A stretch of 64,000 nt of DNA from Lama guanicoe. Taxonomy: Eukaryota. Of this stretch, positions 11,901 through 23,900 are shown one piece after another. Both the position numbers and the translations under genes were made by a program. Numbering within the stretch: the first letter of the stretch is position 1; each line of letters opens with the position of its first letter. The DNA lies in the NCBI GenBank assembly GCA_013239625.1, contig MU053482.1, positions 2,145,168 to 2,209,167 of the forward strand, read 5' to 3'. The notes under the pieces are model-generated. The model saw nothing but the letters and a program-made list of their open reading frames with translations. It ran no database searches and was not told the DNA's origin.

Positions 11901-14900
11901 ACACTGAGGGTGTAAAGGGAAGTGAGGGGCAATCTTCATTTCTAAACCTGGCTCTCTCTCGAAAAGTCAGAAGCTCTGGTTTTTCCTCCTTCTCCTGGGC
12001 TGAAAGTGGGCCTGAGTTCCTGCCCCAACGCCCTAGGAGGACATTTGGGCATCCATTTCTCCTGTTCCCTCATGACCCCCTCATACATGCAGAATGACCC
12101 CAGGGACCCTGGCTTACTGGGGAACAAACCAGGAAGAGGATTTTTCTTTTCTGCCCCTCATGCCAGCATCTGGCATATGGTGTGGCACATAGCAGACAGT
12201 TTAATAAATGTCTCAGCGACTAAATTAATTCCACCACTCTAAAGAAACCACTGTCCCCTGTGGTAGGTTCTTTGACAAAAAATATACAATGTATTGCCTA
12301 GATCTCTTCTCCCTGCCTGTCCCACCCCCTATATATATACTCTTTCCTATGGTCTGAATGTCTGTGTCCCCCAAATTCTTTGTTGAAATACTAACCCCCC
12401 AAATACGATATTAGGAGGTGGGGCCTTTGGGAGGTGCTTAGGTCATGAAAGTGGAGCCGTCATGAATGGGATCAGTAAAAAGATCATAAAAGAGACCCCC
12501 CCAGAGATCCCACACCCCACTTCCACCATGCGAGGATACAATGAGAAGGCAACAGCTATGAACTTGGAAAAGGGCCCTGAAGAGAATGTGACCATGCCGG
12601 CACCTTGATCTTGGACTTACAGCCTCCACAGCTATGAGAAATAAACTTCTGTTGTTTATAAGCCATCAAGTCTGTGTTATTTTGTTATACAGCTCAAATG
12701 GACTAAGACACTCTTTTTTAAAAAAGCCTGGCTGCCTAGAAGAGCTTGGCTTCTTCCAGAACTCCTCATGTATGTCCAGTGACATTTCTGTCACCTCTCC
12801 CTTGGCCACAACCAGATCTTGGCATCTGGAACTTGTCTGCCTCTAAATGCCAACACTTCAAACCAAGACTTCTGATCTATCCAGCTCTTTTCTTATTTCT
12901 CCTAAACCAGCTCCCCTGCCTCAGTGGCACCTCCAGTCCCTGGACTTCTTTTCCCCTTTCCTAATTTGGCCAGCCTTCCTACAACCACTCTCCTCCCCAG
13001 CGCTCTCAATTCCCGGAACTCGTCCCCCGCACATCCCCAGGTGCCTGGTCCTGGGTGACTCCAGTCATTTGCATTCTCCAGGTGAGACCCTCACTGGCCT
13101 CACTGGCCTCACTGGATGGCTCAGCACTCCCTGTACTATCCCTAGTCAGTGCCCTTGCCCCTTCCTCACCGTGGCTCTTCCTGGAGTCCATCATGCTTAG
13201 AACTCAGCATCCCACAAAGATGGCCTTGCCTCCCCCTCCAGAGGGAATGTGGCCCTCAGCTGAAAAGTTCCCTTACTTTCTTACCTTTCCATACAAATAC
13301 ACCTGTACCTAGACCGTCTTGGCTGTTGGCAAAAGAAGTGTATATCTTCTTCCTTCCAGCTAAGTCCTCCACTGGCTTCACAATCCTGCCATCTTGGGTG
13401 TTCCCAAGCCCCACTCCCTCAGTCATCCTCTGCCCAGGTTTGCTAACCTTTCCTCTCCATTTGCTCTCGGTCTCACCACACACAGACACTAAAGTGACAG
13501 CAGCCAGCATGTACTAGGGCTCCTAAGTACATGTTGGATTAACTAGTGGACGTGCCTTCCCCCCTTCTTCACTTTGCATGCTGGGCCCTACCTGAGCTTA
13601 TCTGCCACAAAAATGACCCGACGCTCCAGCAGCAGTGAGGCAAAGATCCGGATGAGCTGGCGCACACTGAGACAGGTAAAAAGGCACTCAAAATCCACGT
13701 GCTCCAGCCGGGAATCCATGGGCCGCCGCAGCTCTAACACCTGCAGGAGAGTGGTGGGGAAAGTGGGTCAAGGCAGACCAGCTGGGAGCCACTCCTGGCT
13801 CCCCCACAAAGCGCCCCAATGCTGGTTTCCATTCCCGCCCTCTCTTTTGCAAGGTCTGTAATCTTCCCCACTAGGCAGTAAGACCCAGTCTCCTCCTCCC
13901 CTCAGACCACAGCTCTGTTCTTGTAGTACTCAGTCACCCTGCCTGTGGGCAAGAGGGCGAGCTGTGAACATGGAAGAGGTTCCAGAAAGAGGGAGCTGAG
14001 AAGCCATTCGCCAGGTTCTCGGGAAAGCGAGCGGGAGAGCTGACTGCTCTTACAGGTAAGGAGAGTGAGGGAGCCACACAGCTTTATCTGCACGGTCCTC
14101 CCTGCCCTCTTGCCCATCTCCCTAAGGAAAGGTCTTGACCCCACCCCTGCTGACCACCCCACAACTGACCGCTGCCCTCAAGGCTAGATGAAGAGCGACA
14201 TCTCCGCACCAAGGACTCTGCTCACACATCTAGAAGGACAATGCTAGGTCCTTGTTGCCATGCCTCCTCCCTTTCATGCTAGGGTTTCCTTCCAGAGGTT
14301 CTATCCTGGCTTCTAGCCTCTATCTCTAGCATGTCTAACCCCTGTGCCAGAGACAAGGGAAACACAAGGAGAGGGCTGGCTATTCCACAACCTTGCAAGA
14401 AGCACGCCTTCCTTTATCAGGGCCAAATCTAGCAATCTTCCCTCCAAAGAGGTTGCAAGGCACAGACAGCACTTCCCCAGGGGTAGTCATGAGGGTGGAG
14501 GGTGGCCACTGACCCCGGGAGTAGGAGCAGGAGGAACTGCTGATGCTCAGGCCAGGCCAAAGCAGCAGTCACTGGGGCCTGCCTAGTCTCCCACTGGTTC
14601 CTCAGCGTATGTGGGTAGCACGGATGCGCAGGCCTCCTGAGAACCAGGATAAACCTAAGTCCCTCTTTAGCCCTACGGTGTCAGAGCTCTCCTCAAGGGG
14701 CTTTTACCCCAGCTCATCTCATCCATTCCTCAGAGTCTACACAAGTGACGGTCTAGCTTCTAGCTCAGAAGTTGTCCCTCTGGGCCCCCGGGAAGAGGCA
14801 AATGGGCACAAGTCACCCTAAGGATCTCTCTTTTATGGACACCTGTTTACACCCTGTCTCTCCCCTCAGAGGGTGAAGTCCCAGAAGGCCCACTGATCAG

Positions 14901-17900
14901 CAAAATGCTGGGTACACCCACAATGCTCAGCGCATGCGGGCTGAAGGAATCCCACACCACAATTACGCCAGAGGCCTCTGCACCCCTCCTGTCCTTGCCC
15001 CATCCCAGAAGAAGCTGCAGTGAAGCCCTCCTAGTCCTCCCTCCTGAGAGCCTGCATGCAGCCCAACAGACTCTGCTCTGCAGCACACGGCGCCCCACTC
15101 CTACCACCCCGGGGGTTCGGGCTCCTTCAGGGAGTGAGAGTTCACACAGGCAGCTCGCAGGACCTGGGCCTCTTGACTCACCCCGCCCTCAAGGAGATCA
15201 TAGTCCAGTGGAGCTGAATGAGCCACATCACAGCCCATGAGCCTGGGGTCAGGACCAGGGAAAGGTATAATTAACACCTGCACGGGGTGCTGAGAGGGCT
15301 TGAGGAAGGGCACCCATCTCGTCTGGGGTAGGGTAGAGGTATGGGTCAGAGCAGCAGCTCAGAGCACAGGATGCTGGATCTGGTTGTCCAAGGAGAGAAG
15401 AAGGGAAGTGTCTTCAAGGCAAAAGGAAGCAGGGTTTAGGGACAGCAAGCAATTCAAGTCAGTGTGGAGAGGAGGCAGGTGAGTGGGCTGGGGCCACGTC
15501 CTGAGGACTCCCGGTCACGCTGCTGGGCTCTCAGGGCAGGGTCAGTGGCCCTGACCCAGGCCATGAATGAAGCCCCAAGTCCCCCCACATGGGGGTGGGA
15601 GAAATTAGGCTCAAAGGCCCTAAATGGCATTCGCCACTCCCAGCAAACCCAGTGTTTCTTTTTTTTTTTTTGTTAAACAATCTGTTTATTTATTTATTTA
15701 TTTTAATAGCTTTCTGTTTTATTTATTATTTAATTATTATATTTATTTTATTTTGGTGGGGGGAGGTAACTAGGTTTATTTATTTTTAGAGGAGGTACTG
15801 GGGCTTGAACCCAGGACCTCATGCATGCTAAGCAAGCGCTCTACCACTTGAGCTATACCCTCCCCCCAAACCCAGTGTTTCTTTAGCCAGACCCTCTCCA
15901 CTCCCTGCAACAACTCATTTATTTCTTCTTCCCTCTCCTCAAACCCAACACCCTCCTCTCACTCTCAGAGGATGACCTTCTTTTCCATTTTGAAAAACCC
16001 AAAGCTATCAGATGAGAATCTCAAATCTACAAGCCACAGCCCGACCCAGTCATTACACAAGGAAGTGCCCTTCTCTCCTAACAGAGCCGGTGCCCCCACG
16101 GGTCCCACCGCCCGGCCTTCTCCCCGACAGTCTGACTCCCCTCTCCTCTTCTGCCCTTTAACCCTTCCTCTGTTGGGCCATCCCCACCACCACCTTCAAC
16201 CAACTCCCCTGGCTCCCCATTACTTTCAACCACTGCCCCTTTCCCATTTCTGCCCCCACCAAGCCTCATGAAAGATGTCTCTACAGGCTGTTACTTCTCA
16301 ATCCCATTCACTTCTCAACTCTCTCCTCTCAGGCTTCTCCTGTCAAGGCATCTCATCCTGCCCTCACCTGAGCACTCCTTCCTTCTTGAGACGCGCCCTT
16401 CCTTGGCTTCCCAGCCATGTCTCCGGGTACTCCTCCGGGTACTCCTCCTGTCTTTCCCATCTTCAGGGCTGCTGCTCCTCTACTGTAGGGCCTCCAAATG
16501 CTGGAGTCCCTCAGGACTATCTCTTCTCCCCTGTCTACACTCTTGCTACTCAACATCTTCTCTGGAGTGTCTCACAGGCACCTTAAATGTTATGTGCACA
16601 AAATCGAACTCTTCCTTCTCCCCAGCCTGCTCCTCCTTCAGGTGCTCCAGCAGTTACCCTGTGGCTCAAGCCAGAAAACTGGGAATTAGCCTTAAAATCT
16701 CCCTAACACGATTCCCTACTTCCAATCAAACACAAAGTGCAATCGATCCTAATTCTAAAGTACATCTCAAATCCATCTACTTCTCTTTATCCCTTCCTCC
16801 ACACCTTAACCCACGCTCCTACCCTCTCTTGCCTGTACTGCTGAACATTATCCCAGTCGGTCTCCTTGTTTTCACTTTGGCCCATTATCTACACAGCAGC
16901 CACAGAGAGGTTTTAAAAACATATGTCAGATCATAGATCCCCGCTTTAGGTACATTCCAAAACCCTGCGCTTGGCCTAGAGGCGCACTGTGACTTCGCCT
17001 CGCTGCCTATCCACCCTGCTCGCTCCCCTGTCAGCCATCTCGGCCTGTTTTCAGTTCCTTGACAAGCATACACACCTTCTCAGTCTTTGCCTTTGCGTGC
17101 TGTCCCTCCACCCCGAGTCATCCTCTCCTGTCCACACCCTTCTCTTGGGTCTCCTTCCTCCCCTTCATCTACTTGACTCTACTCACCAGGGGTCCCTGGT
17201 AAAATGTCATTTCCTCAGAGGAGGCCTTCCCTGGCCCCTAACCTAAAGCATGCCCCCTGCTACTCACTCTTACTCCTGTACTTTCACTTGGCACTTAAAA
17301 CACTGAGGAGTTATCTATCTCTATGCAGAAGTATTTAATATCAGTCTCTCCCATCAGACTATGAACTCCACAAGGACCGAGCTGTGACCCTCTTTAACTT
17401 TATGCCTCTGTCCCAAGGTCTGCACAAACCCGGACTGTGAGACAGCGCATAATCAGTAAATATTTGATGAATGAATAAAAGGTGGCCTCCAGTTTAGTCC
17501 AAACAGGTCAGGGAAGGCCCCTGGGATCTGCAGAGAGTTGAGCAAAAGTAGAGTTCTGTCATTCACTTTTTCAGTCCCTGTAGATTAGGTGTGCACACGT
17601 GTCGAGCAAGGAAGGGGCCGTGCTCTGCACCTTCCAGAGACTGCAGGCAGGTCCCACGCCAGCCCCAGTCCATGGTCTGCGAAAGAGGCAGCAGAAATCC
17701 CTACCTCATTGCCAGCACCCGGCAGGAATGTCTTCACTTTGATGGTCTTCCCTGGGGCAGGGAAGGGTGATTCCATGAGACTTCTCATGAAGGGATAAAC
17801 CAAAGCGGCGGAGATCCCACGCCGGCGCTCCACCTCATCCAGAACCTGTGCCCGCCGTCAGCAGCCCAAAGAGGAAGGGTGTCAGGGCGCTGCCCTTCCC

Positions 17901-20900
17901 TACCTCCTAGGCAGAGAAGAGGGTAACCCAGCATCTGAACAGCCTGGGCCAAAAGCTGGGAGATGGGGGACTGCCTTGCCAGGAGCTTCACATCCTACCC
18001 TTCCCGTTTTCCTGGTCACTCAGGGACTACTCTGCTCCCTAACGCGTCCTTGCCTCAGACCCCAAGAGGTGAGTAGCTGGGCAAAGGAAATACCATTTGA
18101 GGGCTGGGTTCCTGGGCACCTGGCTCCCCCAGGGGTCTCTGTCCTCACAGACTCTGGCTCCTCCCGCAGCCCAGGGTGGGCTGTGACATGGGCTGTGACA
18201 CTGCTGCAGCAGGAGCTGGTAGATGGGGAGTCAGAGAGCTTGCTTGCACTTGTACTTGTGCTTGCGTTCTCGCCTTCTCTCACCCTCTCACGCACACACA
18301 GGTGGTTTTCTCATCTAAGCCGCCAGCAGATACTCCTATGGGAGCTGTCAGCTGGCGGGAGGAGGAGGGGGAGGGAAGTTAACCAGAGCCCTCTTACCTT
18401 GGAAAACAAGCCGAAGCAGCCAAGGCGGCTGATGACACAGTATACCTCTGGCAACCGAGGCCCTTTCCCACTTGGCTGGGACAAGGAGGAGAGAGAGACA
18501 CAGACAGAGAATGCATGATTACAATATCTGGCTCCTTCTCCTTGGGAACTGAGGACTAAGCACTGCTCTTCTAGTGAAGGAAGATTTCCAAGCCTCTTCT
18601 AAACCTCTACTCAACCAGGCCCCCAAAGGAAAGGCTGCCACTCTTCGGGGGTAGGCCTCAGCCTTCACTGGGCCTTCCAGCCCAAGGTGCCAGGCTCCTG
18701 CCAAGCTCTACACAGGCTCCACCCTTCCTCCCAGCAGGACACTGATGGGGGCTGGCAAAGGACTAAGGAGTTTGGCAGAGGCTATAGGGTGATTTGTGGA
18801 TTTCCATCCCTAAATCCCCGGGGCACCAGAGGAAGCAATGGTAAGGAGAGGGACTTCTGTACATTCTTGGGAGCAAGCCAGGTAGTCTTCTGCCCCCTTA
18901 CAGGGGACATTCTGCAAAACATTCCTTTTCTCAGTCACTCTTTTGTCCCTTCCTTGACCCATCCCCATTCTAGGAAGGCAAATCGAAACCAGATAAGGGA
19001 AGCAAACTACTATTTACTGAATGTTTACCGTAGCTGAGTCCTGGGTTTGGTACTTTCCAAAAACTGCTTAGATAGGTATTATTATCTCCATTTTATTGAT
19101 GGGGAAACCAAGCTCAAAATTACTAAGTCATTGCCAAAGGTCATGTATATCTAGAAGTCATGGAACCAGGAGCCTGTTTTTGGCCTCTGATTTACTGTAT
19201 TACTTCTAAAGCATGCTGCCTTCTGACAGAAAGGAAAGGAAAGAAACACAAAGACACAGGATAGAGGCATGTACAGAGCAGAGAAGACGCACGCTTTTTT
19301 ATAAAGGGGATTGGAAAGGTAGGCAGCTGGAGGAGATGTACACTGAGAGCTGCCCAGGCCTGCAGCCCCCAAATGCAGGCTGGAGTGAGTCCACAGGAGT
19401 CAGCTTCCCCAGCCAGGGGCTGGCAGGGCTCTGTGGCTGCCTCTGGTTCAGAGGCCTGGAGAGCCTGGCAAGGCCGAGTGGGGTGGGAGCAGAGCAGCAG
19501 GTGCTGGCCCCTCGTGCAGGCTGCTAAGCAAATGCAGATGGGGCTATTTCAGTCTCCAAACCTGCTGGCCACACGTCACAGATCTAAAGAGAAGGCAGAA
19601 TCTGTTTTTGTCCATATTAGGCCTGAAACTCACTCCTCTTTCTTTCCCTCTCCCCCGCCTCCCCTAAAGCCCCAAGTGATTAAATCAAGTATGTGGGATT
19701 TGGGTTAGAATCATTGTGTCCAATCTGTAGGAATGCCGAGCGAGTGCCAGCCCCCTTGGCAGGGACCCAGCCCAGGCCCTCTCTGAGCACGCCAGGACAA
19801 ACACGCTCCTCCCTGGGGGCAGCAGGCCCGCTGCAGAGAAGCAGCTCTGCTCCATCTCTGCTCCTTCCTGCAAAGGCAGTTTTCGGAATGCTCCCCTCCA
19901 AGCCCAGGTGAATCTGCCTGGCTCCCCACCTGGAATCTGTACGGCTCCACCTTCCTTAGCCCCACTCACTGGGCATTCTATCTCCAAGTATTCCTTCTCC
20001 CTTTGGGATGACCCAAGAGTACCAGACTTGGTGTTAAAGGACTTGGAGACAGTCCTGGCCTTGGCCCTCACTGGTTGTGTGACCCAGGGCAAGTCCTTCC
20101 ACTTCTGAATCTCAGTTTCTTAAACTATAGAATGGATATAATAATACCTCATGGGCTATTATGAAGAATGAAGAAAATGACAAACCTAAAGCACCTAGTC
20201 TGGAACATAAATAGGTCCCAAATAATAGTTCATTCCCTTTGCCGTCCCTTCTATATTAAAAGTCCTACCTCCTCTACCAGATTAAAGCTCCTTGAAGAAA
20301 GGATCCATGTCTATCTCATCTTTATGTGCATTTAGTGTGTTGCCTGACCTTCAACAGGTGTACGGTACTTGTTTCTGAATGAATGACTGAATGAATGAAT
20401 GAATGAATGCCCCAGAATTCTTAATTTGGGGTCCTTACTTATACACCACCCTTGCCTAGGATCCCCTTCATCCTGTCCCTTGTCCCACTAAGGCCTGGGG
20501 ACCCTGAAACACTGTCAATAACCCAAGCCAGCGACATCCCTGGTGAGCCCCGGGGAAAAGCATGACAGGACCCTCCTTACATTTACCTAAGTCTATCTCC
20601 TGGGACTGATGGGGAGGGGGATGAGGGAGGGGATCTCTCTCAACAACATGGTTTTTATTTTCAGAACCCTCCCTTTCCCCTGAGTTCAAGACATCCCTAC
20701 CAGAATCCCAAAGAAGGTACTGCTCTGTCCCTGCTCAGCCTCCAGCCCTACCAGACCATGGACAGAATGCACATCAGGCTGGCCAGCTGTGGGGGTGAGA
20801 AGGGTTGTCCTCCATCCCACCTCCACACACATACTGCTGGGGTGATATGATCCTGCAACCCTGGATCAGCAATCAGAGCCCATAAGCCCAAAGAAAATGA

Positions 20901-23900
20901 ATGAAAAGAAAAAGCATAGAAAAGCTAAAAATATACGACAGCCCAGTAGAAGGTGATTCACTCTCTTCCCTTATTGCAGATTATCTTAGATCCTGGGGCC
21001 AAATCAAAGAGGCCACTTTGAGCCCTGCGATCCCAGGAGTGCTGTGTGTGTGTTTGCGTGTGTGGTGGTGGCCTCAGAGAGCACAAAAGGGAGCAGAACA
21101 CAGGAGTTCCTACAAGCTCAAGCTGAAGAAGGGCACACACACACACACACGCACACACACACACACACACTCTGTGGCCCAGCCCCTGAGGACTGAATGG
21201 CCCTACTCACCAGCAAGCGCCTGCAGTAGCCAAAACGTCTGCTGCCATCTTCCCCAGTCAGCATGAAAGAAAAAGTCTCACTGGAACAGGGAGAAGTCTG
21301 GCATCAGGGAGGAAACAGCCCCCAAGAAGAGGGACTGCCTTCCCAGGGAGGGGTGGAGGGCCCGGCTGCTGTAGGAGAGGAGGCGGGGGCTCAGGTGGGC
21401 CCCGCTCATCTGCCCACTGCCATGGGCTGTGGCCCCTTCCTCCCTCCAGCCAGGCCAGGCCGAGCCTCACCTGCTGTACTCTGACACAGGCAGCCAGTCC
21501 TTGGCATCAGGGAAGCAAAACTGGGGAATAGCCTTGAGCCTCTCCTCTGCCTCCCGCATCTGCTTGGTGGGTCGATCCAGCTGCAAGGAAGGGGAACGTG
21601 GGGAGAGACAGATAAGAGAAAACATGGAAGTTGGGGGAGCAAGGGGTAGCTGAGAAATATCTCCTCCCCCGAGAGCCCGAGGTGGCACTCTCTCAACTGG
21701 CATGCTTCTCAGCAACCCCAGCCCCATTCCCAATTCCTACAGGGAGGTCTGGGTGTGGGCTGAGTCATCATTTATTCATTCACTATATGCCAAACTAGCA
21801 TCTTCTATGTGGCACCTGGCACTCTGCCATGTGCTGGGTAACCAACAGGAAACAAAAGTGGACGAGGTCCCTGTCCCTGAACGTTTTGATCAGCAGAGTG
21901 AGATAACCAACAACAAAATTTCAGAGGGTGTCACAAAGGAAATAAACCAGGGTGGAGATACAACAAAGGTAACTGGGTGGGGAGACGGGCTACTTTCATG
22001 GGGCTGGAAAGATCACCTGGAATAGGTACTATTTGAGCAGAGAATGAAGAATGAGAAAGAGCCAGCAGCCAAGTGAAGGGTGAAGAAAGAAGATTCCAGG
22101 CAAAGGCAACGCAGAGAGAAAGGGCCTGAGTGTTAAAGAAAAAGAGGCAGATGGGCTGGCTGGGGATGAGCAGGGAAGGAGGGGTAAGAGGGGCAGGTGG
22201 AGGAAATGGGCAGTGACTGCTAATGGGACAGGGTTTCTCTCTAGGGTGATGAAAATGTTCTAAAGTTGATTGTGTAACTGTGAATATACTGAAAGTCACT
22301 GAAACATACACTTTGAACAGGTGAATTGTATAGTATGTGATTTTATCTCAATAAAATGGTTAAAAAAAGGAATAAGGTAGAGAAGTGGCTGGGGGCCCTC
22401 CCTCAGGCCCCTCACAGTCCTTGTAAACAACGTGGATCTTATTCTAGGTAGAGCAGGGGGTGTTCTCTCAGCCCTCGGCCTCCAAATAATCACTGGCCCA
22501 AACCCACAACCTCCAAAGCCCTCTCCTCCCTCCTGGCTATAGGGAGCCATGCTCAGGGAGGGTGCAGCGAGGCAGGAACGGGATGGGATCTCTCTTCTTC
22601 CCCAGATGGGCCGGGCAGAAAGAAGGCAGCATAGGAGATGGCCTCACCTTGGGAAACTGGTAGGAGACTTCAGGGAGGTAGGTGTTTCGGGATGGCTTCT
22701 TCTTGAGGGATACCACCACGAAGTACTCAAACAGCTCCCGCTCCTGCCACTCCAGCAGCTCCAGCTCCAGGGTCCGGTAGCTGGGTGCACGCTTCAGCAT
22801 GGACTGGATATGGACTAAGCGCTGTGTGTGGGCTGAGGGCACGTCACACATCAGGGACAGGCAGCTGGGTCCTCAAGACCTCATGTCAGCCCCCTCCACC
22901 GCAGACTCAGGGCTCCATCTCTGCAGGTCACCTCTAAGTGCACGAGCCTAGTCTGACACCCTGGCCCAGCGAGGTGTGGGGGAGAAGAGGCAGGAGCAAG
23001 ATGTCTGGACTGTCCGCCCTGACACTGGAGCTACGAGCCTGGGCCTTCTGGAGCCCCTGAAGGCTGAGCTGGGGCCAATAAGACTGCCTGAGCCAGGCAA
23101 ACCCAGGAATGTATCAGTGGCACCCACCCACCCCTGCCCCTGCCCTACACCAACAGGACTAGGAGATCTGAACATCCACGAAGCCTTCATCCTTGGGCCC
23201 CTATCAGAGTCCTTGGCCTTAGACCCCTTTTCCCTGTTCCCGGGCCCAGAGTCCACTTGTCCACTCGCCTGGGGGACCAGTGGAGGAGGGAAGGAGGGAG
23301 CTAGCTCCCATATACTTTAATTATCCAGGAGGGTCTAGGCAGGGTTTCCCACTAGAGAAAGGACAGAGATTTGTCCAAGGCCCCTGGAATGTGAAGGTCC
23401 CAGAACCCTTCCAGGGAGGTGGCAGCTCTCCACTCCAGGGAGAGGGGAGATGAGTGGCCTCAGGGCCTCCAGAGGACCAGATGCCTCAGACTATGGCACA
23501 GTTCTTACAACCAGGAGAGGCACTTGTCATCTTCTGAACCCATCTCTGACCCTCCAGATCCACAACACTTGCTAGGCAAACCTAGCATCCAATTCTCACG
23601 GACAACAACTTAGGAAAATAAGGGCAGGGTCACTGGCCTTAAATTTGGGCAAGGGGAGACTCTGAATTTAACCTCGCGGGGCTGAGCTCCACGACCTTAG
23701 GCATGGAATTCCCTATAGCTCCTTGCTCTGTTGGCCTGGTATCATGCCTGCCATCACCTCTCCAAATGGGGCCACTTTGGAACACGGGAACTGTAGGTGT
23801 GGAGGAAGGGAAGGCTGGTTTCCTACAGCCAGGGCTGGGAGAGGGCTCCGAGCTCTTGGGGAGCCACGCTCACCTTTGAACCTGTCATCAGAGTCGCTCT

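Noticed and set aside
15790..15866. tRNA-Ala(AGC) gene (also at 40729 and 49779)
   Set aside because: Each has an A-rich tail, flanking TSDs and stem mismatches, so these are SINEs rather than tRNA genes.
16268..16936. 222-aa + strand ORF
   Set aside because: Lies within a degenerate L2; the Leu/Ser/Pro-rich composition reflects pyrimidine bias and no exon structure is evident.
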